Assembly: GCA_036677065.1 (NCBI GenBank)
Contig: JAKFBS010000003.1
Location: forward strand, 1 to 64,000
From: Bdellovibrio sp.
Lineage (GTDB): Bacteria; Bdellovibrionota; Bdellovibrionia; Bdellovibrionales; Bdellovibrionaceae
Length of the DNA stretch: 64,000 nt
Direction: 5' to 3'
This document shows, piece after piece, positions 28,675 through 39,290 of this stretch. The translations under genes and the position numbers were made by a program. The notes beneath the pieces were generated by a model, which saw only the letters and a program-made list of their open reading frames with translations, ran no database searches and was not told the origin of the DNA. Numbering within the stretch: position 1 is the stretch's first letter; each line of letters opens with the position of its first letter.

Positions 28675-30416
28675 TAGACGTGAACAGTTTCTTGAAGCTT
28701 CTCATCAAAGCCAGTTCGTTTGATTAAAAGCTGCAAACGTTGATTTTTCGGTACTCGCGATAACGTTTGTTCCGACACAGCGGTTTCGAATCCATCTGCC
28801 CATCCCTGAAGTTTAGCCGCTGTGTTTACGGTCTGTCCGAAGTAATCAAGACCGACATTTAAATTTACACATAAAATTTGGCCAATATGAAACGACGTGC
28901 GTAGCACTAAAGCGTCTTTATTATTTTTAAAAGCCTGATGAATCTCATCATTAGCTTTAAAAGCTAACCCTGCATCCGTAAATGCCGCCATAACCGCATC
29001 ACCGATAAACTTAACCACCACACCTGAATTATTTCCGATGATGGTTTCGATAATGGCGTAGTGATCTTGAACCGCCACAAAGGCTTTGCTATCGCCAAGT
29101 TTACGATACATCGGTGTAGAGCCAACAATATCGGTAAATAAAATAATTTGTTCGCCGATTTCTAATTTTACACCGCTGCGAAGTAAGTCATCGTTTAATA
29201 GTGTGCGAATATGAGTATTACTTAAAGCTTCACCGGCTAAAAACTTTTCTTCACTCCATGGTAAACTTTCAAAAACGAAATAATCTTCGGCTTCAGCCTT
29301 ATAAGATAAAGAAATATTTCCTGAATCTATTTGAATCTGAGATTTGCTAAAATCAACACTGACATTTTGTCCGGGCAATTGGCTAGCATTCACCGTAACT
29401 TCGCATGATTTTTTGCCATACAGAGTGCGGGCGCGGTATGTGCCAGGTTTTAAATTTAAGACAGTCGTGAAAGTTTCGTTTTTAGCGACCAGCCAGTTGA
29501 TCAGAATATGCGTTTTCTTCGCAGGCTCTGCGGCACAGTAATTAACGCTTCCGACTTCACGAAATTTAGATTGAGGTTTAAAGCTCACTTCAAGTGAACG
29601 TTCATCTTGTACTGAAAATTCAAGATCACAAGGTCCGCATTTCGCACTGTTTTTAATAGCTCGCAGCTGCGAACTTTCAACTTGTGGACCACGACAGTGT
29701 GGGCAAACCACATCCCAGGTTAAAGCCAGATAACCCTTATGAGTCAAAAGTGTGAGCTGTTCGACAACATCAATTAAGCTTAAGCCAGTTTGTGTCGCGA
29801 TTTTTTTAGGCTGGATTTTATGAATATCTAAAGAATCACTGGCCATTAAATTTTGTAAAACGAGTTTTAACTTTTCGGGTTGCGATGAATTTACTTCAGC
29901 CAGTATTTGCATCTTAAAATTTTTATCACCGACACTGAGCTTACGAAGGGGAGTCAATGCTGTATTGATAGCCTGGGCATTCGCGAAAAATATTTTTTCT
30001 TGGGCCTGTAGGTATGCGGGCATTTCTTTTTTTAAAAAATTAGAGGCGCCGGGCCCAATCACATAACGTAAGATAAAATTTCCGTACCAAGTAAAATTAA
30101 TTTCGACCTGGGTTAAACCTGCAGCAGTTTTTTCTGGCAAAATTCGAAACACGCCAATCTGTTTGTGCATCAAACCTTTTTTATAGCGGCGTTCATGGAT
30201 GATTTCTTTATTAATAATCCAAGTCCATGGAAGTTCTAGCCATTCTTGCTCTTGGCCAAGCATTTTGGCACGCACGATTCGTGAACCATTCACTTCAACG
30301 TCTTCGCGAGGCTGCATTCCCATAGCTTTATTCATGCGTGAAGTATCAGATAGCACCGCCCATAGGCGGTCTAACGGTAACTTGGTGGTGATTATAAATT
30401 TACTTTGATAAACCAT
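28671..30416 (-). CDS. class III adenylate/guanylate cyclase with START/SRPBCC-like N-terminus and CxxC (DUF5939-like) domain
   Basis: LFTDIVGST, VKFIGDAVMA, DYFGQTVNTAAKLQ; WDVVCPHC..CGPC; LWAVLSDTSRMN. Confidence 0.85.
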   Translation of the reverse strand: MVYQSKFIITTKLPLDRLWAVLSDTSRMNKAMGMQPREDVEVNGSRIVRAKMLGQEQEWLELPWTWIINKEIIHERRYKKGLMHKQIGVFRILPEKTAAGLTQVEINFTWYGNFILRYVIGPGASNFLKKEMPAYLQAQEKIFFANAQAINTALTPLRKLSVGDKNFKMQILAEVNSSQPEKLKLVLQNLMASDSLDIHKIQPKKIATQTGLSLIDVVEQLTLLTHKGYLALTWDVVCPHCRGPQVESSQLRAIKNSAKCGPCDLEFSVQDERSLEVSFKPQSKFREVGSVNYCAAEPAKKTHILINWLVAKNETFTTVLNLKPGTYRARTLYGKKSCEVTVNASQLPGQNVSVDFSKSQIQIDSGNISLSYKAEAEDYFVFESLPWSEEKFLAGEALSNTHIRTLLNDDLLRSGVKLEIGEQIILFTDIVGSTPMYRKLGDSKAFVAVQDHYAIIETIIGNNSGVVVKFIGDAVMAAFTDAGLAFKANDEIHQAFKNNKDALVLRTSFHIGQILCVNLNVGLDYFGQTVNTAAKLQGWADGFETAVSEQTLSRVPKNQRLQLLIKRTGFDEKLQETVHVY

Positions 30417-30422
30417 TGTTAA

Positions 30423-31838
30423 CTAAGCGTTAATTTCAAGTTCACTGGTATCGTTCGATGAGCGTAAGCCCTTTTTCTTCATTTTTTCGACCAGCGTCGT
30501 GCGGTTTAATCTTAATAACATCGCTGCCTGGTTTTTATTCCAGCCAGTTTTTTCTAACGCTTTGATGATTAAAGCATTTTCAAACTGGTCAACAGCGTTG
30601 TTAAAATCTAAACCTTCTTCAGGAATATCAATTGAGCCGGTTTCAGCATAACAAGCAGCAGCTGATTTATACTTAGGCGGTAAATCTTGCGGTGCTACTT
30701 CGCCAGTACCTTTTAAAATACTTAAACGTTCAACTAAGTTTTCTAATTCACGAATATTACCAGGCCAAGCGTAATTCACTAAGCAAGTCATCGCTTCAGG
30801 AGAAAATCCAGAGATTGATTTGGCTTTATTTTTATTAAATGAAGTTAGAAAGTGATTCAATAATAACGGGATATCTGTTTTACGTTCGCGAAGAGGAGGA
30901 ATTTGAATCGGAATAACATTTAAACGGTAATAAAGATCTTCTCTGAATTTACCTTCTTCAACAGCGCGCTCTAAATCAACGTTTGTCGCTGTGATAACAC
31001 GTACATTGACCGAAATCGTTTTCGTCGAACCCACTGGTTCAAACTTTTTTTCTTGTAGCGCACGTAAGATTTTAACTTGTAAGCTTGGTTCAAGATCACC
31101 GATTTCATCTAAGAAAAGTGTACCTTCGTCAGCTAACTCAAATCGCCCAGCGCGATTAGCAATAGCACCGGTAAAAGCACCCTTAACGTGACCAAATAAT
31201 TCAGATTCTAATAATTCAGAAGGGATAGCACCGCAGTTAATCGCGATAAAAGGGCCTTTGGCACGTGGTGAATTATAATGAATCGCACGGGCGATTAATT
31301 CTTTACCAGTACCTGATTCACCTTGAACTAAAACCGTAGAATCAGAATCAGCAACACGTTCAACTAAATTAAGACAAGATTTAATGCTTTCGCTTTCGCC
31401 GATGATTTGGCTGAATTTGTATTTAGACGTTAATTCTTGGCGTAATTGGATGTTTTCAGTCTGAAGAGTTTTATGATCTAAAGCTTTATCCACAAGGCTA
31501 ATAAGCTCTTCAACGTTAAAAGGCTTAGTTAAAAAGTGATAAGCGCCTTGTTGCGTGGCCTTAATAGCTAAATCAATCGAACCAAAGCCAGTTAAGATGA
31601 TCACTTGAATTTCAGGATATAATTGTTTTAAGAAAGTCATGAATTCCATGCCATCGCCATCAGGTAAATTCATATCTACGATAGCTAGGTCGAATTTTTT
31701 ATCGGGAGCACAGAAGTTTTTAGCTTCATCGATACGATGAGCAGTCACCACATTGTGACCTTTGCGATCAAGTAAGCGGAATAGAGCGGTTCTTAGTGTT
31801 GATTCATCATCTAAGATCAATACTCGGCTATTCTTCAT
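30423..31838 (-). CDS. sigma54-dependent response regulator (NtrC/AtoC family)
   Basis: Receiver domain (ILDDE, DMNLP, KPF), GESGTGKE, GAFTGA, FLDEIG, WPGNIRELEN and a Fis HTH. SD GGAAGG before the ATG at 31838. Confidence 0.95.
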   Translation of the reverse strand: MKNSRVLILDDESTLRTALFRLLDRKGHNVVTAHRIDEAKNFCAPDKKFDLAIVDMNLPDGDGMEFMTFLKQLYPEIQVIILTGFGSIDLAIKATQQGAYHFLTKPFNVEELISLVDKALDHKTLQTENIQLRQELTSKYKFSQIIGESESIKSCLNLVERVADSDSTVLVQGESGTGKELIARAIHYNSPRAKGPFIAINCGAIPSELLESELFGHVKGAFTGAIANRAGRFELADEGTLFLDEIGDLEPSLQVKILRALQEKKFEPVGSTKTISVNVRVITATNVDLERAVEEGKFREDLYYRLNVIPIQIPPLRERKTDIPLLLNHFLTSFNKNKAKSISGFSPEAMTCLVNYAWPGNIRELENLVERLSILKGTGEVAPQDLPPKYKSAAACYAETGSIDIPEEGLDFNNAVDQFENALIIKALEKTGWNKNQAAMLLRLNRTTLVEKMKKKGLRSSNDTSELEINA

Positions 31839-31997
31839 AAACTTCCTTCCGTGGAGGTTCTCAAGGGGTAAGATCATCTTGATCTACTAAATTATCCTAA
31901 TCTAATTTTTGACGGAGGTGTCAAAAAAACGTAGGCCCAGACTGCATTTCAGGACTTTGGATGGCCGAGTCTTGATGCTAAATTTTGTGCAAATTTA

Positions 31998-33806
31998 TTA
32001 AGAGCTAGCCTTCGGTAAAGTCATGCGCATGGCGACCCACGAGGCGTTTGGTTCGGTTAATTCAACTTGAAAACCTTGATCTATTAAGGACTTATGAATC
32101 ACTAAGAAGTAAATATTCTTGTTTTTTTGTTCATCGTTAAGCGGGCCTATATTGGATTGCAGGTCTAAATAGAAGTTGATTTGGTCTTGGGAAAATTTGA
32201 CCTCGATCAGACCCGTCTGCGTATTCTTCTGTAAACGCACCCGTCTTAGACCTTCAATAAAAAAGTTAAAAATTAAATTGAGCGAATCACGAAAGTTCGA
32301 ACGGTTAACGGTGATGGCCTCATCCAGCTGTTCTAACTGTTGCACAACTTTGATATTTTCGATTTTAAAAGACAGTTCATTCATCTTTAGCGATTCGGTT
32401 AATAAATCTTTTAATAAAATCGTTTCTTTTTCCTGGGTGCCCGGTCTGCGCGAAAAGATTAATAGGTTTTCGATAATCTGCTTCATGCGCTGGGCGGCCA
32501 TATTCATATCTTTTAATTCGCCGTGCAGATAGTGATCTTTGGCCAGTTCCATTTGCAGGATCTGAATGTATGAAATAATTCCACCTAGGGGATTATTTAA
32601 TTCATGGGCGATAGAGCTTGAAATTAATCCAAGTTCTTTCATTTTAGCCGTCTGGCTTAGGCGCTGCTCAAGCATTTTATCTTCGGTGATATCAACATAA
32701 AAATGCACCCAATGGCTATTGCGGTCTTCATAGCCTGCTAGGCGCTGTGATTGCACATTGTGATAGGTAGTGCTGTTTTCATTTTGATTTTGCACCTGAA
32801 AATTAGTGCCGAATTTACAGTCCACACACGGTGATTCGCGGTTAAACATCACCTGATAGCACTTAGGATTGTCAGTGGCCGCAGGGTAGCTATGAAAGGC
32901 TTTATTTGATTCTAGAATATTATATTCCTTATCAACAACTAACAGCGGGTAAACGGTCGAATTAAAAGCAGTAGAAACAATTTTTTCTAAATGCTGTTGT
33001 TGGCTTAAAGATTGTGATTTTAACAAATTAAAATGCAGGGCATCTGAAACTTTGCCAAACATTTCATTATCAGAACTGCGAAACGGGCGGTTATTACCCT
33101 TCATGAAATAAATTAAATAATTCGAACACTGTTTTTTGGCGAAAAAGTTTGGCAGCTGAGCTTGTAAGTCTTTTTCAAAGTTTTCGGCTAGGTAATCAGG
33201 AATAATTTTAATCCATGTCGCGGCTGTCGATTGCGGTAACAGTTCGTTTAAAAGTGTTTCGATACGAGTGACATCATTTTCTTCAGATAAGCTGAATAAA
33301 ATTTTACGCAACGATTCGATACGGTTATTCACTTCTAAAATCTTTTGCCGGCGATCGATCAGCTCTTGTTGATCCTGAAAAATTTGTTGGCGCAAAGCAG
33401 CCTTGGTCTGTTGATCTTGGTCGATTAACTCAGACGTTAAACGTTTTTTGGCTTCGTCTTGTCTTTTTTGATCAAGATTTTCTAACTGGTTAAAAACAAT
33501 TTTTTCGGTCAGTTCAACGGCAAGTAAAATCTGGTCAGGCTGAAACTGATTATATAAATCAGCAGGAATTTCGTTTTTTGCATCATCAAAAATTAGATAA
33601 CAATAATTAAATTGAATCTGCGCACGCATTTTTGCAAGTTCTGGCAACTGGTTATGGCCCACAATTAAAATATCAGTAAAGACTTTGTGATCGACCGATT
33701 TTAAATAAGGCGAATCTAATAATGAGTAAGCGAATCCATCTTGGATTAAACCATCGAGTGTGTGATTTGGCGATGCTACGGCAACACGACACTCTAAAGT
33801 TGGCAT
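31998..33806 (-). CDS. PAS-HisKA sensor kinase-like protein with degenerate ATPase domain
   Basis: H-box SSIAHELNNPLGGI; PAS with CYQVMFNRESPCVDC; no recognisable DxGxG or G2 box. Confidence 0.75.
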   Translation of the reverse strand: MPTLECRVAVASPNHTLDGLIQDGFAYSLLDSPYLKSVDHKVFTDILIVGHNQLPELAKMRAQIQFNYCYLIFDDAKNEIPADLYNQFQPDQILLAVELTEKIVFNQLENLDQKRQDEAKKRLTSELIDQDQQTKAALRQQIFQDQQELIDRRQKILEVNNRIESLRKILFSLSEENDVTRIETLLNELLPQSTAATWIKIIPDYLAENFEKDLQAQLPNFFAKKQCSNYLIYFMKGNNRPFRSSDNEMFGKVSDALHFNLLKSQSLSQQQHLEKIVSTAFNSTVYPLLVVDKEYNILESNKAFHSYPAATDNPKCYQVMFNRESPCVDCKFGTNFQVQNQNENSTTYHNVQSQRLAGYEDRNSHWVHFYVDITEDKMLEQRLSQTAKMKELGLISSSIAHELNNPLGGIISYIQILQMELAKDHYLHGELKDMNMAAQRMKQIIENLLIFSRRPGTQEKETILLKDLLTESLKMNELSFKIENIKVVQQLEQLDEAITVNRSNFRDSLNLIFNFFIEGLRRVRLQKNTQTGLIEVKFSQDQINFYLDLQSNIGPLNDEQKNKNIYFLVIHKSLIDQGFQVELTEPNASWVAMRMTLPKASS

Positions 33807-34474
33807 GCGGCGATCAGCTCCTGATGAGTTTTAACATGAAAGTGCGGTTGAAATTCGGGCTCTTTAGGAACCGCTCCGCGGTCTTCGCCAAATTCAAAAT
33901 AACAAGCCCAAGCGCCAATTTGACGGGCATCTTTTATTTCTGAAGCCAGTGAATTGCCAATGCAAAGTAATTCATCGGGTTTAATATTTTCATCATTTAA
34001 AATCATTTTAAAAGCGGTAAACTTTTTTTCTGCAATTAAACTATTAACCACAAAGATTTTTTTAAAATAATCAGCAATGCCTAAACTTTTTATTTTCGCC
34101 GATTGGGCGTCCTGAAAACCTGCTGTGACTAAATACAAATTATATTTTTTGCTTAAAACATCAAGATTGGCCAATGCGCCGGGCAAAAGATCTAACTTTT
34201 CAGGAAGGCGCGGATGATAAAAAGCCCGGTTAGCAAGTTCAACGGCGGCTTGTGTAGCAGCTGTGCCATGTTCGTGCGCTAATTTTTTAAAGACATCTTT
34301 GTGCGAAATCGTGCGGATCAAAGACAGGCGCTGTTCTTCACAGGTTTTTAAATCTAGACGAAGACCTGCATCGATCAGAATCTGAAATGCATCCTGCGAG
34401 GCCTGGGGGACCAGTAATCCCGTAGTGTCCAGTAAGGTGTCATCTAAATCAAAAGCTATAGAGTGAATGGGCAT
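33794..34474 (-). CDS. HAD family hydrolase
   Basis: FDLDDTLLD, LVTAG, IGNSLASEI. Confidence 0.88.
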   Translation of the reverse strand: MPIHSIAFDLDDTLLDTTGLLVPQASQDAFQILIDAGLRLDLKTCEEQRLSLIRTISHKDVFKKLAHEHGTAATQAAVELANRAFYHPRLPEKLDLLPGALANLDVLSKKYNLYLVTAGFQDAQSAKIKSLGIADYFKKIFVVNSLIAEKKFTAFKMILNDENIKPDELLCIGNSLASEIKDARQIGAWACYFEFGEDRGAVPKEPEFQPHFHVKTHQELIAACQL

Positions 34475-34575
34475 ACGTTAACTGTGCCTGCAAAGTCACT
34501 ATTTGCCTAGAGCTAAAAAGAAATTGGCTGACGAATAGCGCCGAAATAAATATGATATTAATTGATGAGGATTCT

Positions 34576-35952
34576 ATGACTAAAACGACTGCAATTATTT
34601 TAGCTGGCGGCCAAGGCACGCGTATGAAAAGCCCTTTACCAAAGGTGCTGCACCCAGTTTCGGGTCAACCTATGATCATTCGTATTGTTACCCAGTGTGC
34701 AAAAGCCGAAATCGAAGAAGTTCGAATCGTTGTTGGCCACGGGCAAGGTTTAGTCAAATCAGTTGTTGAGCCGTTAGGTGTAGCTACTTATGTGCAAGAA
34801 AAACAATTAGGTACAGGCGACGCCGTTAAATCTGCATATGTTGACTCAATCGAAGGTGATGTTGTTATTTTAAATGGCGACCATCCCTTGATTACTGCTG
34901 AAGATATTAAAGGCTTTCTTTCAGATTTTCGTGAACGCCAGTTAGATTTAGCAGTTGTTTCGGTTGAATTAGATAATGCTAAAGAATTTGGCCGTATCGT
35001 AAGGCAGAATAACCAACTTAAAGCTATCGTTGAAGCAAAAGACGCTTCAGCTGAAACTTTAAAAATTAAAGAAGTAAATACCGGAATGTACGTTGTGAAA
35101 GCGGCATTGCTGAAAAAGTTTTTACCACAAATTAAAAATAATAATTCAAAAGGCGAATTTTATTTAACCGATTTAATTTCTATCGCGTTAGATAATAACT
35201 GCAAAGTGGATGCTGTCGTGACTAAGAATAAACACGTAGCCCACGGGGTGAACAATCAAACCGAATTAGCTGAAGCTACAAAGTATGTTTATTTACAAAA
35301 GTGCCAACAGCTTTTAGATAACGGCGTAATAATCATTGATCCAAATTCAACTTACATCGAAGAAACTGTCGTTGTGGGTGCTGGCAGTGTGATCTATCCG
35401 AATGTTTTTATTCGCGGTAAAACAGCGATTGGCCCTTTCTGCGTAATTGAACCAAATGTTTTTATAAACGAAGCCATTATTCAAGACGGCGTGCAAATTA
35501 AAGCGGGCACTTACATTGAACAAGCGGTCATTAAATCGCAGGCAAAACTTGGACCTTACGCCCGCATTCGCCCCGATTCTACAATCGGCGAACACGCGCA
35601 TATCGGTAATTTCGTTGAACTTAAAAAAGTAAACTTCGGCAAAAATTCAAAAGCAGGGCATTTAACATACCTTGGCGATGCGGATATTGGCGAAGATGTA
35701 AACATCGGTTGTGGCACAATTACCTGTAACTACGCAGCAGATAAGAAAAAATATAAGACGGTCATAAAAGACCGTGTCTTTGTGGGAAGTGATTCTCAAT
35801 TAGTGGCTCCGGTTGAAGTTGGGGCTGATGCGATTATTGCATCCGGCACGACGGTTACGAAAAACGTACCTGAAGGAGCTCTGGCTATCGGTCGCACGAA
35901 GCAAGAGAACAAAGAAGGCTACGCAGTAAAATTTAAAAGTAAAAAGGATTAA
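34576..35952 (+). CDS. glmU: bifunctional UDP-GlcNAc pyrophosphorylase / GlcN-1-P acetyltransferase
   Basis: ILAGGQGTRMKS..PKVLH, QLGTGDAV, EFYLTD, hexapeptide repeats, HLTYLGDA. SD GAGGA before the ATG at 34576. Confidence 0.97.
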   Translation: MTKTTAIILAGGQGTRMKSPLPKVLHPVSGQPMIIRIVTQCAKAEIEEVRIVVGHGQGLVKSVVEPLGVATYVQEKQLGTGDAVKSAYVDSIEGDVVILNGDHPLITAEDIKGFLSDFRERQLDLAVVSVELDNAKEFGRIVRQNNQLKAIVEAKDASAETLKIKEVNTGMYVVKAALLKKFLPQIKNNNSKGEFYLTDLISIALDNNCKVDAVVTKNKHVAHGVNNQTELAEATKYVYLQKCQQLLDNGVIIIDPNSTYIEETVVVGAGSVIYPNVFIRGKTAIGPFCVIEPNVFINEAIIQDGVQIKAGTYIEQAVIKSQAKLGPYARIRPDSTIGEHAHIGNFVELKKVNFGKNSKAGHLTYLGDADIGEDVNIGCGTITCNYAADKKKYKTVIKDRVFVGSDSQLVAPVEVGADAIIASGTTVTKNVPEGALAIGRTKQENKEGYAVKFKSKKD

Positions 35953-35958
35953 TTCGCT

Positions 35959-37791
35959 ATGTGTGGAATCGTTGGTTACTTAGGGCCGCAAGAACCTAAA
36001 AAAATTATTATTGATGGCTTAAAAAAACTTGAATACCGTGGCTACGACAGTGCTGGTATCGCTGTTATTCATGACGGCAAAACAAAACGTGTGCGCGCCC
36101 AAGGTAAATTAAAAAACTTAGAAGAAAAAATTCAATCTGAAGCCTTCAACGGTCACTTAGGTATCGGTCACACGCGTTGGGCGACTCACGGTGCACCCAA
36201 TGAACGTAATGCCCATCCTCACCAAGCTGGCGAGATCAGTCTGGTGCATAACGGGATTATCGAAAACTATTTAGAAATCAAAGCTGAGCTTATTAAAAAA
36301 GGCACAGAAATTAAATCTGACACTGATTCTGAATTAGTAGCGCATTTAATCTGGGAAGATATTCAAAAAACCCAAAACTTACTTCAGTCAGTTAAAAACA
36401 CATTAGATAAAATTGTCGGCGCGTTCTCGATTTTAGTGATGTGGGAAAAATCTCCGAACGAATTAATCGCTTTTAAAGACGGCCCGCCATTAATCGCGGG
36501 TATCGGCGAAAAAGAACATTTCATAGTTTCTGATGTGCAAGCAGCTATTAAGTACACAAAAAAATTCGTTTATTTAAATGACCGCGAAATCGTGCACATC
36601 AATGGCACTGACATTAAATTTTTAAGCGCTCAAGGTGAAGAGATCAAAAAAGAGATCGTCACTGTTGACTGGTCAGAAGATCAAGTTGAAAAAGCAGGCT
36701 TTAAACACTTCATGTTAAAAGAAATTTACGAACAGCCGCGCGCTGTCGCGCAAGCGATTGCTCCGTTTATCGATACCGACACACATTCTGTTCATTTAAA
36801 AAATATCGGTTATGAAACTGCAGAAATGTATAAAAAAATCGATCGCGTATTTTTCATTGCCTGCGGAACAAGTTATTACGCAGCCATGGTAGGTAAATAC
36901 CTGATCGAACAAATCGCAAAAATTCCGGTTGAAACAGATATCGCTTCTGAATTTAGATACCGTAAACCAATTTTGCCACCGAACACTTTAGTGATCACTA
37001 TTTCACAAAGTGGTGAAACGGCAGATACTTTAGCTGCAGTTCGATTAGCCAAAGAATTTGGGGCGCAAACTTTATCAATCACGAATGTGGCGCAATCTTC
37101 AATTGACCGCGAAGCTTTAGGTCATATGTACATGAACACAGGCGTTGAAGTCGGTGTAGCCAGCACTAAAGCTTTCTCAAGCACGTTATCGTTATTAAAT
37201 ATCTTAGCGGTGCAAATCGCTAAAGCTCGTGGCGGAATCACTGTTGCAGACGAGAAACAAATTGTTGAAAGTTTATTGGCCGTACCAAGCCAAATGGAAA
37301 CCGTACTGGCTTATGATAAATACTTTAACGAAGCTGCCATTAAGCTTCGTGAATTTAAAGGCTTTTTATTCTTAGGCCGCGGCGTAAGTTTTCCGATCGC
37401 TTTAGAAGGCGCTTTAAAGCTTAAAGAATTAGCTTATATGCACGCCGAAGGTTACGCCGCAGGCGAAATGAAGCATGGGCCCTTAGCGCTGATTGATAAA
37501 GACATGGCCATTGTGGTTGTCGCACCAAGTGATGATCTGATTGATAAAACGATCAGTAATTTACAAGAAGCTAAAGCCCGTGGCGGAAAAATCATTTCTA
37601 TCGGTACTGGTGAAAACGAAGGTTTAAAATCAATGAGTGAATTTTATCTTTCGCTTCCGAAAGCGTTATGGACAACAAATCCATTAATCGCGGTCGTGCC
37701 ATTGCAATTGATGGCTTACCACTTAGCAGATCATTTGGGTTATGATGTGGATCAACCTAGAAATCTCGCGAAGTCGGTAACGGTTGAGTAA
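35959..37791 (+). CDS. glmS: glutamine--fructose-6-phosphate aminotransferase
   Basis: MCGIVG, GIGHTRWATHG, SQSGETADT, PRNLAKSVTVE. Confidence 0.98.
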   Translation: MCGIVGYLGPQEPKKIIIDGLKKLEYRGYDSAGIAVIHDGKTKRVRAQGKLKNLEEKIQSEAFNGHLGIGHTRWATHGAPNERNAHPHQAGEISLVHNGIIENYLEIKAELIKKGTEIKSDTDSELVAHLIWEDIQKTQNLLQSVKNTLDKIVGAFSILVMWEKSPNELIAFKDGPPLIAGIGEKEHFIVSDVQAAIKYTKKFVYLNDREIVHINGTDIKFLSAQGEEIKKEIVTVDWSEDQVEKAGFKHFMLKEIYEQPRAVAQAIAPFIDTDTHSVHLKNIGYETAEMYKKIDRVFFIACGTSYYAAMVGKYLIEQIAKIPVETDIASEFRYRKPILPPNTLVITISQSGETADTLAAVRLAKEFGAQTLSITNVAQSSIDREALGHMYMNTGVEVGVASTKAFSSTLSLLNILAVQIAKARGGITVADEKQIVESLLAVPSQMETVLAYDKYFNEAAIKLREFKGFLFLGRGVSFPIALEGALKLKELAYMHAEGYAAGEMKHGPLALIDKDMAIVVVAPSDDLIDKTISNLQEAKARGGKIISIGTGENEGLKSMSEFYLSLPKALWTTNPLIAVVPLQLMAYHLADHLGYDVDQPRNLAKSVTVE

Positions 37792-39094
37792 AATGATGAG
37801 TTAAAGCCTCGTGGTAAGTCAGAACGTTTTCGATAAAATCGACCGTTTCTTCACCACGGGCTAAACCATAAAGAAAAATATCCAAATTTTCTTCATTCGA
37901 TAATTCAGGCAATAAAATCTTTAAATTCTTCCAGCGATACGGGTCGATATTACGAACTTTCGCCAGTCGGTGAATATCACGCAAATGGGCATATCCCGCA
38001 TTATAAGAAGCTAAGGCTTGGATCCAGCGTTCAAAGCGAGTGATTCGTGCAGGCATTTTGTCATACAAGTACTGCATGTAAAATGATCCACCCTGAATGC
38101 TTTGAATCGGGTCTTCACGATCTGTCACACCTAAGTGTTGAGCCGTAGCCGAGGTCAGCTGCATAAAGCCTTTAACACCGGTATAGCTTGTAGCATCTGG
38201 TTCCCAGCGTGACTCTTGATAGGCCACGGCGGCGATCAATAACCAAGGTACCTGATATTTTTCAGAATATTTTTGAAAATACTTTTTCCACAGCGGAAGT
38301 TTAGTTTTAATGTCGTTTTTGAATTGTTTATATTCTAATAACGACATCTTGTAAAACGGAGCATCGTATTGGTCTTTGAAGCGCACCATCTTGTTTTCGC
38401 GAATTAATTTTTGAAACCAGATCTGCACTAACTTATTAAGATCATCGGCATCTTTATTGATTAACCAGGCTAACGGGTAAATGTTTTCGCTGGTCCAGGC
38501 TTTAGCATATTTTCTATTTTCAACCTGGCTGGTTTTATTAAATTTACTTTCAGCCAGAAAACAAGAATTTTTAGTCTGAAATGATTGTTCAGCGATCGCT
38601 TCAAAAGTGTTATCGACCAAAGTGATACGATCATACAATTCAGGCGCCGCCACCATAAGTTCTGCTAAAACAAATTCTAACTTTGCCGGTACTAAAACCT
38701 GCGAGATATTTTCAGATTTTTTACAAAATAAAGAAATTTGTAAATCATCATACGCAGGGCTTTGTAACGAAAAAGAACGGGTGTGGCGAGAAGATGTGCG
38801 CGTGATCACCATGTCGATTTTTTTATTTTCGAAATCAGAATTTAAACTTTCAAATGATGTGTACGATGTGATTTCAACTTTTAAACCATAATCTTTGATA
38901 AATGATTTTACTAAAGCTTCGTCGATGCTTTGGCCTTTGCGGTCTTTGTGAAGACCGATTTTTACAGTCGCAGCCGAAACGCTAGAGGCTGCTTTTGTTT
39001 CATTTAAATAAACCCCATGACAACCGTTGGTTATAAAAATAACCAGTGTCAAAAAGAACAGCAGAAGTGTGAAGGCCAATGATTTAATCTTCAT
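37757..39094 (-). CDS. mltF: MltF-like lytic transglycosylase (SBP domain + SLT domain)
   Basis: AAVAYQESRW, GVKGFMQLT, ALASYNAG, YGLARGEE. Confidence 0.82.
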   Translation of the reverse strand: MKIKSLAFTLLLFFLTLVIFITNGCHGVYLNETKAASSVSAATVKIGLHKDRKGQSIDEALVKSFIKDYGLKVEITSYTSFESLNSDFENKKIDMVITRTSSRHTRSFSLQSPAYDDLQISLFCKKSENISQVLVPAKLEFVLAELMVAAPELYDRITLVDNTFEAIAEQSFQTKNSCFLAESKFNKTSQVENRKYAKAWTSENIYPLAWLINKDADDLNKLVQIWFQKLIRENKMVRFKDQYDAPFYKMSLLEYKQFKNDIKTKLPLWKKYFQKYSEKYQVPWLLIAAVAYQESRWEPDATSYTGVKGFMQLTSATAQHLGVTDREDPIQSIQGGSFYMQYLYDKMPARITRFERWIQALASYNAGYAHLRDIHRLAKVRNIDPYRWKNLKILLPELSNEENLDIFLYGLARGEETVDFIENVLTYHEALTHHFTQPLPTSRDF

Positions 39095-39169
39095 TAATAG
39101 GCAGTTTTTAGACCAATTCTGTCTCGATAGGCACGCTGAAAAATTACAAAATACAAATGTTGCTTATAT

Positions 39170-39184
39170 TGGCACTCAAGTAGC
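39170..39184 (+). promoter_or_regulatory. possible sigma54 -24/-12 promoter upstream of tdk
   Basis: TGGCACTCAAGTAGC with GG-N10-GC spacing. Confidence 0.35.
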
Positions 39185-39265
39185 CTATAGGCATTCTCAC
39201 TGATTTTCAGACACATCGTGCAAAAATTTCCTTCTGGAAACTTCGAAAATTACCTGTGAGAATTT

Positions 39266-39278
39266 GGGTATCGGTCAC
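39266..39278 (+). repeat. REP-like motif copy (GGGTATCGGTCAC)
   Basis: 13-bp exact match to the repeat core, immediately upstream of the tdk SD. Confidence 0.6.
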
Positions 39279-39290
39279 GAGGGGAATACC

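Noticed and set aside
35953..35958. glmS ribozyme
   Set aside because: Only 6 bp separate glmU and glmS, leaving no room.
36160..36171. GGTATCGGTCAC match to the repeat core inside glmS
   Set aside because: It encodes the conserved GIGH of GIGHTRWATHG and has no adjacent G run or hairpin, so it is most likely coincidental.
37757..37791. 35-bp convergent overlap of glmS and mltF
   Set aside because: Short 3' overlaps are common in this compact window (also 20526-20536 and 24502-24518) and imply no special function.
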